This document shows positions 15,794 through 24,679 of a stretch of DNA of 32,000 nt, piece after piece. The DNA is from Candidatus Methylomirabilis limnetica (GTDB lineage: Bacteria; Methylomirabilota; Methylomirabilia; Methylomirabilales; Methylomirabilaceae), in NCBI RefSeq assembly GCF_003044035.1, contig NZ_NVQC01000017.1, positions 60,001-92,000 of the forward strand, in the 5' to 3' direction. The position numbers and the translations under genes were made by a program. Under the pieces are notes generated by a model, which searched no databases, was not told the origin of the DNA, and saw only the letters and a list, made by a program, of their open reading frames with translations. Positions within the stretch are counted from its first letter, which is position 1, and every line of letters starts with the position of its first letter.

Positions 15794-16583
15794 CCGGGTC
15801 CGCGGCGCGCCACTCGCCATCTTCGTGGCGACTCAGGCAGAGTTGAGGCCCATCGCCACGGCCTTGCAGCCGCCTAGCCGATCAATATATCGATCGAACT
15901 CGATGATCCGGGTTGGGATAGAGGGCCGCGATCTCCTGCTGGCCAATACCGGAGTGGGACCGGACAACGCCGAAGCCGCTGCCCGCCACCTCTTTGAAGA
16001 GATGCCTGTCACCGCCGCCTTGTCGCTCGGAGTCGCAGGCGGACTGAGCCCTCAGTTACAGACAGGGGATCTGATTGTGGGAGACCGGGCGATCCTTCGC
16101 CGCGGCTCAGGACAGGTCTTGCACGGGGAGAAGGGATCGGGATCGCAGAGCTTCCCGTGCGATTCCGGCTTGCAGGAGGCGGCCATAACCGTTATCCGCC
16201 GATCGGGTAGTCGGTACTATCTCGGCCCAATCCTTACCGTCGATAGGATTGTTCGGACGGCAGAGGAGAAGTGCCTACTGGCGGCGGAGTCAGGTGCCGT
16301 GGCCCTGGATATGGAGAGCGCAGCCATCGCGTCTGCGGCCTTGGCGTATTCTGTCCCCTTCCTGGCTATTCGTGGCGTCCTCGATCCGGTCCATGAAGAT
16401 CTCGCGATCGACTTCGATCAGTTTCTCGGCATAGAGGGGGAACCAAATCTACCCCGATTGATGCGATATCTGATCGCACATCCGTTTACCCTTCCTCGCC
16501 TGATCGGACTGGGTATTCGGACCAAGGCGGTCTGCGCTCGTCTCGGTCGACTGCTGCATGAGCTCTCAACCACCCTCAGCTGA
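15765..16583 (+). CDS. hpnG: Hopanoid-associated nucleosidase/phosphorylase (PNP_UDP_1 family)
   Basis: LSLGVAGGL, ALDMESAAIA and FLAIRGVLD are MTA/SAH-nucleosidase-like motifs, and the gene sits immediately after shc. The start is uncertain; ATG 15765 overlaps the shc end by 29 nt. Confidence 0.8.
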   Translation: MKTARPSRASRVRGAPLAIFVATQAELRPIATALQPPSRSIYRSNSMIRVGIEGRDLLLANTGVGPDNAEAAARHLFEEMPVTAALSLGVAGGLSPQLQTGDLIVGDRAILRRGSGQVLHGEKGSGSQSFPCDSGLQEAAITVIRRSGSRYYLGPILTVDRIVRTAEEKCLLAAESGAVALDMESAAIASAALAYSVPFLAIRGVLDPVHEDLAIDFDQFLGIEGEPNLPRLMRYLIAHPFTLPRLIGLGIRTKAVCARLGRLLHELSTTLS

Positions 16584-16698
16584 GCCGTTGAGGTCCGTCC
16601 TCGTTCTGCAACGTCCTACCGATACAGGTAGGCTGCGGACGGCAGGGAGGCGAGTACCTGCATCCGTCCTTCGTGGCGCGCTTCTCCGGAGGTGTGTC

Positions 16699-17910
16699 TT
16701 GGATAGTCCCGATCTCTCGAAGTTGAGCATCGACCGAACTGCGGCCCGCATACCGCGCGCGCGCCGACGGCTGTGGCCTTGGGCGGTGGGCCTCGTCCTG
16801 TTGGTCGCTACGGCAGTACTCGGATTCTCCGGCGGCCTCGGCGGTTCTGTGACGGTGGAGACCGCCTCGGTCACGACCGCGTATCCGTCACAGGCGGTGA
16901 CCGTGCTGAACGCTACAGGCTACGTCGTCGCACAGCGCAAGGCCGCGGTGGCGTCAAAGGCGACGGGACGCCTCGAATGGCTCGGCGTGATGGAAGGTAG
17001 CCGCGTCAAGAAGGACGAGATCATCGCGCGGATTGAAAGCCGCGACGTCGCAGCGGGCCGCGAGCAGGCGGCGGCGAGCGTTAAGGTCGCCGAGGCGAAC
17101 CTCGAGCAGGCACAGGCCGAGCTGCGCGACGCCGAACGTAACTTGACGCGTTGGCGTGAGCTGTCCCAGAACAAGCTTATCAGCGAATTGGAGCTCGACA
17201 CCGCGATAGCGCGGGCCGACAAGGCGAGCGCGGCGGTGCGGTCGAGTGATGCCGCCATCGCGGTCGCTCGGGCGAACCTGAAGGTGGCGGACGTCTCGTT
17301 CGACCAGACACTGATCCGCGCGCCGTTCAACGGGGTAGTGCTCACCAAGAACGCGAACGTCGGCGACAATATCACCCCGTTCTCGAGCGCTGTCGATACC
17401 AAGGGCGCGGTTCTAACCATGGCCGATATGTCGACGCTCGAAGTAGAGGCGGACGTGGCGGAGTCCTCGCTCAGCCGGATCAAGGTCAACCAGCCGTGTG
17501 AGATTCAGCTCGACGCCGTGCCCGACACACGCTTTGCCGGCATGGTGAACCGCATCGTTCCGACCATCGATCGCGCGAAGGCGACGGTGATGGTAAAGAT
17601 CGGATTCGTGGACCGCGACGCGCGCCTACTGCCCGACATGAGTGCCAAGGTCGCGTTCCTCGAGCGCGAGGTCGCACCGGCCGATCGGAAGCCGGTCACC
17701 GCCGTCCCGAGGCAGGCGATCGTCGAGCGCGACGGCGCGAAGGTCGTCTTTGTCCTGAAAGACGGCAGGGCGATACGCACCAAGATCGAGACCGGCCGCG
17801 CGCTCGGTGATCTGGTCGAGGTGAGCGGCGTCCCGGCAGGGGAGAAGGTCGTCCTCAAGCCCCTCGATAAGCTCGCCGACGGGACGCGCATCAAGATGAA
17901 CAAGAAGTGA
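16699..17910 (+). CDS. Efflux transporter periplasmic adaptor (membrane fusion protein, HlyD/MacA-like)
   Basis: It has an N-terminal TM (WAVGLVLLVATAVLGF), a long coiled-coil hairpin (AEANLEQAQAELRDAERNL...) and LIRAPFNGVV beta-barrel motifs. TTG 16699 follows GGAGG at 6 nt; the track ORF starts at ATG 16558, inside hpnG. Confidence 0.88.
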   Translation: MDSPDLSKLSIDRTAARIPRARRRLWPWAVGLVLLVATAVLGFSGGLGGSVTVETASVTTAYPSQAVTVLNATGYVVAQRKAAVASKATGRLEWLGVMEGSRVKKDEIIARIESRDVAAGREQAAASVKVAEANLEQAQAELRDAERNLTRWRELSQNKLISELELDTAIARADKASAAVRSSDAAIAVARANLKVADVSFDQTLIRAPFNGVVLTKNANVGDNITPFSSAVDTKGAVLTMADMSTLEVEADVAESSLSRIKVNQPCEIQLDAVPDTRFAGMVNRIVPTIDRAKATVMVKIGFVDRDARLLPDMSAKVAFLEREVAPADRKPVTAVPRQAIVERDGAKVVFVLKDGRAIRTKIETGRALGDLVEVSGVPAGEKVVLKPLDKLADGTRIKMNKK

Positions 17911-17929
17911 CGGCGAGAGGCGATCGATA

Positions 17930-18652
17930 GTGCAGGAGACCGTCGCTCCGCTGCCACTGATCGACATCCGCAACGTCGCGAAGTCCTACTGGCGCGGCGG
18001 ACAGATCGTACCGGTGTTGACCGACATCACCCTCGAGGTGCACGCGGGCGACTTCCTAGGCCTGATGGGCCCATCGGGCTCGGGCAAGTCGACACTGCTC
18101 AATCTGATCGCCGGTATCGACAAGCCCGACGCCGGACAGATCCTCTTCGACGGCGTCGACATCACCCGGCTGTCGGAGACCGCGCTCGCAGACTGGCGCG
18201 CGGGCACGGTCGGCTTCATCTTCCAGTTCTACAACCTGATACCGGTCCTGACAGCCTTCGAGAACGTCGAACTGCCGCTCACGCTGACGCGCCTCACCCG
18301 CCGCGAGCGGCGCGAGCACGTGGAAGCGGCGCTCGCGCTCGTCGGTCTGTCGGATCGTATGCCGCACTATCCATCGGAGCTCTCCGGTGGGCAGCAGCAG
18401 CGTGTCGCAATCGCGCGCGCGATCATTACCGACCCGCGGCTGATCGTAGCCGACGAGCCGACCGGCGACCTCGACCGCCACTCGGCCGAGGAGGTGCTCA
18501 AACTCATGGACCGCCTGAGCACCGACCTCGGCAAGACGATCGTGATGGTCACGCACGACCGGCGCGCCGCAGACCAGGCCCATGCGATCATGTATCTCGA
18601 CAAGGGCGAGCTGTCGACGGCGGTCGATGTACACGAGCAGTCGCTGAGGTGA
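17930..18652 (+). CDS. ABC transporter ATP-binding protein (LolD / MacB-NBD type)
   Basis: Walker [10 protein letters not shown], signature [14 protein letters not shown] and Walker [12 protein letters not shown] are all present. Confidence 0.93.
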   Translation: MQETVAPLPLIDIRNVAKSYWRGGQIVPVLTDITLEVHAGDFLGLMGPSGSGKSTLLNLIAGIDKPDAGQILFDGVDITRLSETALADWRAGTVGFIFQFYNLIPVLTAFENVELPLTLTRLTRRERREHVEAALALVGLSDRMPHYPSELSGGQQQRVAIARAIITDPRLIVADEPTGDLDRHSAEEVLKLMDRLSTDLGKTIVMVTHDRRAADQAHAIMYLDKGELSTAVDVHEQSLR

Positions 18653-18659
18653 TCGCCCG

Positions 18660-19817
18660 GTGCAGTTCCTGAAGCTCATCCTCCGCAACGCGCTGCGCCA
18701 CAGGCTGCGCACTGCGCTCACGCTGCTCGGGCTGGTCGTGGCGATCCTGTCGTTCGGGCTGCTGCAGACGATCGTGAGCGCGTGGTACGCCGGCGCGGAG
18801 GGCGCGGCGCCGACGCGGCTCGTAACGCGCAACGCGATCTCGCTCGTCTTCGCGCTACCGCTCAGCTATCGCGACCAGATCCGCGCCGTCGACGGCGTAC
18901 GCTCCGTCTCGCATGCGACTTGGTTCGCCGGCATCTATCAGGACCCCAAGAACTTCTTCCCGCAGTTCGCCATCGAACCGCGCACCTATTTGGCCATGTA
19001 CCCTGAGTACCTCGTAGCGCCGCAGGAGTTCGCCGCCTTTCTGCGCGACCGCAAGGGCGCCGTCATCGGTCGCAAGCTCGCCGGCACATACCACCTCAAG
19101 GTCGGAGACGTGCTGCCGCTGCGCGGGACGATCTATCCCGGCACCTGGGAGTTTACGGTGCGCACCATCTACGACGGTGTCGATGCGAAGACCGATACCT
19201 CGCAGATGTTCTTCCACTGGGAGTATCTCACCGAGACGATGAAGAAGCGCTCCCGCAGTCACGCCGATCAAGTCGGCGTCTATGTCGTCGACGTCGCGGA
19301 TGCCGACCGCGTGGCCGAAGTGAGCTACGCAATCGATGCGCTGTTCAAAAACTCGCTCGCCGAGACGCTGACCGAAACCGAGCGCGCGTTTCAGATCGGC
19401 TTCGTCAAGCAGACCGAGGCGCTTGTCGTCGCGATCCAGATCGTATCCTACATCGTAATCGTCATCATCCTCGCGGTGATGGCGAACACAATGGCGATGA
19501 CCGCCCGTGAGCGGCTCGGCGAGTACGCGACGCTCAAAGTCCTCGGGTTCTCACCCGTCTACATCGCGGCGCTCATCCTCGGCGAATCGGTCGCGATCGC
19601 CGCGATCGGAGCGGCAATAGGCATCGCGCTGACGTTCCCGGTAAGCGACTGGTTCGCAGCGCAGGTGGGCACACTGTTCCCAGTGTTCAAGGTGAGCGGC
19701 CAGACCGTTATGCTGCAGGTCCTCTGCGCGCTCGGAGTCGGCGTCGTTGCGGCGATTGTGCCAGGGCGGCGGGCGGCGACGGTAAAGATAGCGGAGGGGC
19801 TACGCGCGATCCGGTGA
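18660..19817 (+). CDS. ABC transporter permease, FtsX/MacB-type (periplasmic domain plus FtsX 4-TM fold)
   Basis: It has an N-terminal TM, a ~200-aa extracytoplasmic domain and a C-terminal FtsX-like region ([15 protein letters not shown]). Confidence 0.88.
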   Translation: MQFLKLILRNALRHRLRTALTLLGLVVAILSFGLLQTIVSAWYAGAEGAAPTRLVTRNAISLVFALPLSYRDQIRAVDGVRSVSHATWFAGIYQDPKNFFPQFAIEPRTYLAMYPEYLVAPQEFAAFLRDRKGAVIGRKLAGTYHLKVGDVLPLRGTIYPGTWEFTVRTIYDGVDAKTDTSQMFFHWEYLTETMKKRSRSHADQVGVYVVDVADADRVAEVSYAIDALFKNSLAETLTETERAFQIGFVKQTEALVVAIQIVSYIVIVIILAVMANTMAMTARERLGEYATLKVLGFSPVYIAALILGESVAIAAIGAAIGIALTFPVSDWFAAQVGTLFPVFKVSGQTVMLQVLCALGVGVVAAIVPGRRAATVKIAEGLRAIR

Positions 19818-19833
19818 TCGCGGAGGCGCACCC

Positions 19834-21000
19834 ATGCCGATTCCCATTGCGTATAGTGTACGTAACCTCTGGGCTCGTAAGTTTACCACCGCGCTTACCG
19901 CGGGTGGGATGGCGCTCGTCGTCTTTGTATTCACCGCAGTGATGATGCTCGATGCCGGACTCAAGAAAACGCTCGTGGCGACCGGACAGCCCAACAACAT
20001 CCTTGTCACGCGCCGCTCCTCCGGCACCGAGATTCAGAGCGGGGTCGCGCGCACGCAGGCGGCGATCATAGAGAGCCAGCCCGAGATCGCGATCGGTCCC
20101 GGCGGGGTGCGGATGGCGTCGAAGGAGGTGGTCGTGCTGATTACGCAGCCGAAGCGCAACACCGGGGTGCCGACCAACGTGACTGTGCGCGGGGTGGGCT
20201 TGCAGGGTCTCACCCTTCGCCCACAGATCCGGGTGATCTCCGGGCGGATGTTTCGGCCGGACAGCGCCGAGATCGCGGTAGGCAGGAGCATCGCCGAGCG
20301 CTTCAACGGCACGGGTATCGGTGAACGGCTGCGCTTTGGGGGCCGCGACTGGACGGTGGTCGGCGTATTCGACGCCGGCGGATCGGCGTTCGACTCCGAG
20401 GTGTGGGGCGACGGCGAGCAGATGATCCAGGCGTTCCGACGGACGGCGTTCTCGTCGGTCGCCGCACGCCTCGCTGACCCGTCGCGGTTCGACGCGCTGA
20501 AGCCGCGCCTCGAGTCCGACCCGCGGCTCACGCTCGACGTAAAGCGCGAGCAGACCTTCTACGAAGAGCAGTCGCAGGCTATGTCGAACTTCATCAGCTA
20601 CCTCGGACTGACCCTTTCGGTCATCTTCTCGGTCGGCGCGATGATCGGCGCAATGATCACCATGTACGCTGCGGTGGCTACCCGCACGTCGGAGATCGGC
20701 GTACTGCGCGCGCTCGGGTTTCGGCGCGGCTCGATCCTTGTCGCGTTCCTCGTGGAGGCGCTCTTCCTCGGCCTCGCCGGATGGGTGGTAGGGCTGGCGC
20801 TCGCCTCGGCGATGCAACTCGTACAGATCTCGACGATGAACTGGCAATCGTTCTCGGAGCTCGCGTTCCGGTTCGCGCTTACGCCGGAGATCGTCTGGAA
20901 GTCGCTCGTATTCGCGCTCGCGATGGGACTGGCGGGCGGGTTCCTGCCCGCAGTTCGCGCAGCGCGCTTAAAGATCGTGGATGCGCTAAGGGCAGCTTAG
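19834..21000 (+). CDS. Second ABC transporter permease, FtsX/MacB-type
   Basis: The architecture matches the preceding gene, with RTSEIGVLRALGFRR in the FtsX region. GGAGG lies 8 nt upstream of the ATG. Confidence 0.88.
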   Translation: MPIPIAYSVRNLWARKFTTALTAGGMALVVFVFTAVMMLDAGLKKTLVATGQPNNILVTRRSSGTEIQSGVARTQAAIIESQPEIAIGPGGVRMASKEVVVLITQPKRNTGVPTNVTVRGVGLQGLTLRPQIRVISGRMFRPDSAEIAVGRSIAERFNGTGIGERLRFGGRDWTVVGVFDAGGSAFDSEVWGDGEQMIQAFRRTAFSSVAARLADPSRFDALKPRLESDPRLTLDVKREQTFYEEQSQAMSNFISYLGLTLSVIFSVGAMIGAMITMYAAVATRTSEIGVLRALGFRRGSILVAFLVEALFLGLAGWVVGLALASAMQLVQISTMNWQSFSELAFRFALTPEIVWKSLVFALAMGLAGGFLPAVRAARLKIVDALRAA

Positions 21001-21214
21001 AGCAAGAGCTGCGCTCACACCAGATGGTCCGTCCCGAAGGCGGGGTCGTTGGTCTGGGGACGTTCGCCCAAGACTCACCGTGTCAGGTTGCCCGATCCCT
21101 CCAGGATAATCATTCCGCTCCATTTTTCTGTTGACCCTCGCATGCTTTTTCTGTTAGCTTCTTGTGCGCTTCCCGGTACAATGGCCATTCGATCTGCAAT
21201 CTGTCGAGGTCAGG

Positions 21215-21793
21215 ATGTCAGAATCGGCTCATCAGCACTGGACACGAAGATCCTTCCTGAAAGCTTCTCTCGCTTCCGCCCTCTTGCTAGTCGGCAAGCC
21301 GGCGTGGGCGCAGGACTTGGCCGTCCCACCGGTCCCGGAGGGGAAAGAGGGGAAACTCTCCCTGTATAATACTCACAACCACGAGCGGCTGGAGGTCGCC
21401 TATCGGGACTCATCCGGCCAATATGACCCGGACGCATTGAGCGCCATTGACCATCTTCTTCGCTGCCATTATGCGAATCGGTCGACCAAGATGGATGTTC
21501 GGGTGATTGAGTTTTTGAATGCGCTGGATAAGCGATTGGGAGGGGACAACGAAATCCACGTCATATCGGGTTTCAGGTCGCCTGAGTATAATCGACTGCT
21601 GGCAAGAAAAGGGAGGCGGGGGGTGGCAAGACATAGCCTCCATCTGTCTGGTAGGGCCATAGATCTCCGCATCCCAGGGGTTAGCCCAAATGTGATCAAG
21701 AAGGCTGCGCTCGATATGAGATATGGTGGAGTGGGTTATTATCCCCGCAGGGGTTTTGTCCACCTGGATTCTGGGACATTCAGGCACTGGTAA
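21215..21793 (+). CDS. mepK: Tat-exported DUF882 / peptidase M15A family murein endopeptidase (YcbK/MepK-like)
   Basis: It has a twin-arginine signal (TRRSFLKASLASALLL...AWA) and the motifs SGFRSPEYN, HSLHLSGRAIDL and GFVHLD. I prefer ATG 21215 over the track start at 21164. Confidence 0.85.
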   Translation: MSESAHQHWTRRSFLKASLASALLLVGKPAWAQDLAVPPVPEGKEGKLSLYNTHNHERLEVAYRDSSGQYDPDALSAIDHLLRCHYANRSTKMDVRVIEFLNALDKRLGGDNEIHVISGFRSPEYNRLLARKGRRGVARHSLHLSGRAIDLRIPGVSPNVIKKAALDMRYGGVGYYPRRGFVHLDSGTFRHW

Positions 21794-21924
21794 GCCGCCG
21801 GTGTCGTTGGCGCACCTCCGTTGTAGTCTGTTTTCTCCTGTTCTCTGCACCCGATGATCTCTGGAGCGCAAGCTCCTCCGCACCCCCTGCCCGCTGTGCC
21901 ATTCGGTACCCCAGTGATGCCAAG

Positions 21925-22665
21925 GTGGAATGGGAGTGCCAACGTCTGCGTGCCCGCGAGACGCTGGAAACCCTGTTCGGGAACCGGTGGGTGGATGTGG
22001 CCCGATTCAACCGGATCGACCGGCGCCATGCCTATCCCGGCATCTCTCTGAAGGTCCCCAAGCGTCTTGAAGACGTGATAGGCTTCACGCCGATGCCTCA
22101 GGAGTACCCCTTAGCAGCCAGCGAAGCCAAGTTTATCCTGATCGATCTCGCGGAGCAGTTCCTTGGAGCATATGAATATGGTCGGCTGTCGTTTTCGGCG
22201 CCAATTGCCACAGGCGATAAAAGTAACGAGACCCCGGCAGGCGAATTTACAATTACCGCAGCCCACCGGCGCCACCATTCATCCCTCTATACCATCGAGA
22301 AGACCAACATCCCGTATCCGATGAACTACGCCCTTCGATTCCATGTCAACAAGAAAGGCGTCGCTTTCTGGATTCATGGGCGTGATGTTCCCGGATATCC
22401 AGCCTCGCACGGCTGCATCGGACTATACGACGAACCGATGCAGAAAAAGCACTATGGATTCCCCCGCGAACCGATCCTTGAGGATGCCAGAACCCTCTAC
22501 ACATGGGTGCTGGCGCCTCTACCCGAGGATGAGAAGTATCGGCTCCTGGACAATGGGCCACGGATGCTGATTATCGGCCGAGCGCCGATTCCGCTGCGAC
22601 GATCAAACCAGGACGGCGCACGCGTCCGGCCCGCCCCTCGAATCGCTCCCGAAACGATGCATTGA
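21925..22665 (+). CDS. L,D-transpeptidase (YkuD domain) with an N-terminal LysM-like segment
   Basis: The active site is HGRDVPGYPASHGCIGL, and ITAAHRRHHSSLY is typical of the YkuD fold. After GTG 21925 there is no signal peptide. The in-frame upstream stretch is hydrophobic (VVVCFLLFSAP) but has no canonical start, so the 5' end is uncertain. Confidence 0.8.
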   Translation: MEWECQRLRARETLETLFGNRWVDVARFNRIDRRHAYPGISLKVPKRLEDVIGFTPMPQEYPLAASEAKFILIDLAEQFLGAYEYGRLSFSAPIATGDKSNETPAGEFTITAAHRRHHSSLYTIEKTNIPYPMNYALRFHVNKKGVAFWIHGRDVPGYPASHGCIGLYDEPMQKKHYGFPREPILEDARTLYTWVLAPLPEDEKYRLLDNGPRMLIIGRAPIPLRRSNQDGARVRPAPRIAPETMH

Positions 22666-22723
22666 GAGGGAGCTTTATCGCTGCGCCCACCGGATCAGGG
22701 GAGCCTCTCACAGCCTGGCTAGC

Positions 22724-22872
22724 GTAGTGTTTCATAAATTCATCAACATTCCGTTCGTGGTGAGCCTGTCTAACCATGAGCGTAACACGTTGAAAAAGCT
22801 CGCCCTTCGACCCTTTGGCAGGCTCAGGGCCTAGGGTGAACGGCCCATGTAACCGTATTTATGAAACACTAC
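22724..22872. mobile_element. MITE/REP-like palindromic element with perfect 16-bp terminal inverted repeats (GTAGTGTTTCATAAAT ... ATTTATGAAACACTAC)
   Basis: The TIRs at 22724..22739 and 22857..22872 were read directly. The interior holds a second imperfect palindrome (CCGTTCGTGGTGAGCCTG ... CAGGCTCAGGGCCTAGGGTGAACGG). Its spurious translations (FVVSLSNHE; MVRQAHHERN on the other strand) resemble a repeat family seen in many genomes. Confidence 0.65.
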
Positions 22873-23176
22873 ACTAATATACTGCCCGGTAGTCCTATGA
22901 CGCACGATCCACCGTCCCTTATTTCCTGTCGATCACGCTTTCACCACAGAAGAGAGCACTACCCATGCATGACAACTCTACTCTTGCAACCAGGGGGTAT
23001 GTTGAATTTGAACAACGAGTCTGCTAAGCTGAGAGCAATAAAGATGGGGAGCGTTATGGCCGAATGCGGGAAGGTTCTACTAAACGCTCCCGCGTTTACC
23101 GTTACTAATATAAGGAACGTATCTGAGTTTGCCGAACGGGTAACGGATCAGGGCTACAGCATTACAGGGGGATACG

Positions 23177-24664
23177 ATGCGTAATGGACGGTTTAACACC
23201 AGAACTTTGATAGCAGTGGCAGCGTCCTGCTTGATTCTTGGAGTACTTATCACGGCCTCTTTGAATCTAGTCCCGATCTCAAAGGCCACGACTGCGGGGT
23301 TTTGGACGGAACAACGAGAGAGCAGGGCGCTTAGTTCGAGTCAGACCTCAGATGGGAAGCTCTGGGTTCGGTTGGCGAAGGAGCTGACTCCCGCTGTGGT
23401 GAATATCAGCACCACTCAGGTGGTCAAGGGAAGGGGCATCTCTCCTCGCGGCCCTTTCGGTGAAGACGATCCATCCAACGAGTTCTTTAAACGGTACTTC
23501 GGTGAGAGTCCCCGGCAATTCAAGGCGACCAGCCTTGGATCCGGATTCATTATTAACAAAGACGGCTACATTCTGACGAATAACCACGTGGTCGAGAACG
23601 CCACGGACATTACCGTGAAGCTGGGTGACGGCCGAGAGTTCAAGGCGAAGCTGATCGGGAGGGATCCAAAGACTGATATCGCCCTCATCAAAATCGAGGT
23701 CTCCAGCCTGCCCGTGATCCCGTTTGGTGACTCGGATAAACTGGAGGTAGGCGAGCCGGTCATGGCGATTGGCAATCCATTCGGCCTGAGCCAGACGGTC
23801 ACCACCGGTATCGTCAGCGCCAAAGGCCGGTTCATTGGCGAAGGCCCGTATGACAACTTTATCCAGACCGATGCCTCTATTAATCGGGGCAACAGCGGCG
23901 GCCCACTGATCAACACCAACGGTGAGGCGGTGGGAGTCAACACCGCCATACTCAGCCCAACAGGCGGTTCGATCGGGATCGGCTTTGCGATTCCTATCGC
24001 TATGATTAAGGAGGTTCTGCCGCAGCTCAAAGAGAGGGGGCAAGTCACCAGGGGGTGGCTTGGCGTGGCGATTCAACCGATTACCCCGGAGCTAGGCAAG
24101 AGATTCTCCCTCAAGCAGGCGAATGGCGCCCTGGTGTCGGATGTTATGGAGGGATCACCAGCCGAACACGCCGGGGTCAAACCAGGGGACGTCATTGTGG
24201 AGTTTGATGGCAAGAACGTCAAGTCCTCTACCGATCTGCCCCACATCGTCGCCAGTACCCCGGTGGGGAAAGATGTCGCTATGAAAGTCATCCGCGACGG
24301 GGCCGAACTCACGCTGCGGATCAAGGTTGGCGAGCTTAAAGAGGAGCAGATGGCGGCCATTACGCCGTCCTCTCCGAAAACGAAGCTGGGAATCGATATT
24401 CAGGAACTCAATCCGGCACTCTCCCGTAAGTTTGGAATTAAGGGTGAAAAAGGCGTTGTGGTCACAGAGGTTGAACCTGAGAGCCCCGGTGATGCGGCCG
24501 GGTTACAACCAGGAGATCTGATCCTGGAGATCAACCGTGTAAAGGTGACGACAGTGAACCAGGTCAAGCGGATTTTGGAGAAAACTAAGCCAGACGAGCC
24601 GACGCTACTTCTGATCAAGCGGGACGGTGGGACGCGGTATGTGGTGATCGGGGCCGACGGGTAG
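23177..24664 (+). CDS. htrA: Periplasmic serine endoprotease, DegP/HtrA (Do) family, two PDZ domains
   Basis: The catalytic triad context is present (TNNHVV, DIALIK, GNSGGPL), with a signal/anchor segment and two PDZ repeats (GALVSDV...GDVIVEF and GVVVTEV...GDLILEI). Confidence 0.93.
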   Translation: MRNGRFNTRTLIAVAASCLILGVLITASLNLVPISKATTAGFWTEQRESRALSSSQTSDGKLWVRLAKELTPAVVNISTTQVVKGRGISPRGPFGEDDPSNEFFKRYFGESPRQFKATSLGSGFIINKDGYILTNNHVVENATDITVKLGDGREFKAKLIGRDPKTDIALIKIEVSSLPVIPFGDSDKLEVGEPVMAIGNPFGLSQTVTTGIVSAKGRFIGEGPYDNFIQTDASINRGNSGGPLINTNGEAVGVNTAILSPTGGSIGIGFAIPIAMIKEVLPQLKERGQVTRGWLGVAIQPITPELGKRFSLKQANGALVSDVMEGSPAEHAGVKPGDVIVEFDGKNVKSSTDLPHIVASTPVGKDVAMKVIRDGAELTLRIKVGELKEEQMAAITPSSPKTKLGIDIQELNPALSRKFGIKGEKGVVVTEVEPESPGDAAGLQPGDLILEINRVKVTTVNQVKRILEKTKPDEPTLLLIKRDGGTRYVVIGADG

Positions 24665-24679
24665 GTGGGTTGGGCGGTT

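Noticed and set aside
18056-20847. Very long minus-strand ORFs (258 aa at 18056..18832, 379 aa at 19708..20847) opposite the ABC ATPase and permease genes
   Set aside because: No recognisable motifs and extreme Arg/Ala/Pro/His content. They sit exactly antisense to genes with unambiguous Walker and FtsX motifs. This is the typical stop-codon-poor antisense frame of high-GC DNA.
21120-21190. Duplicated TTTTTCTGTT(G/A)(A/G)C boxes and a TACAAT hexamer upstream of mepK as a promoter/operator
   Set aside because: No -35/-10 pair with acceptable spacing could be assembled (TTGACC-17-TTAGCT has a 2/6 match at -10; TACAAT has only a 3/6 match at -35). The boxes may be regulatory, but I cannot support that from sequence alone.
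22571-23184. ORFs 22571..22777 (minus, MVRQAHHERN...) and 22861..23184 (plus, 107 aa) between the L,D-transpeptidase gene and htrA
   Set aside because: Both begin inside or at the terminal inverted repeats of the MITE-like element. They have no Shine-Dalgarno and no family resemblance, and are better explained as translation artefacts of the repeat and of the htrA upstream region.
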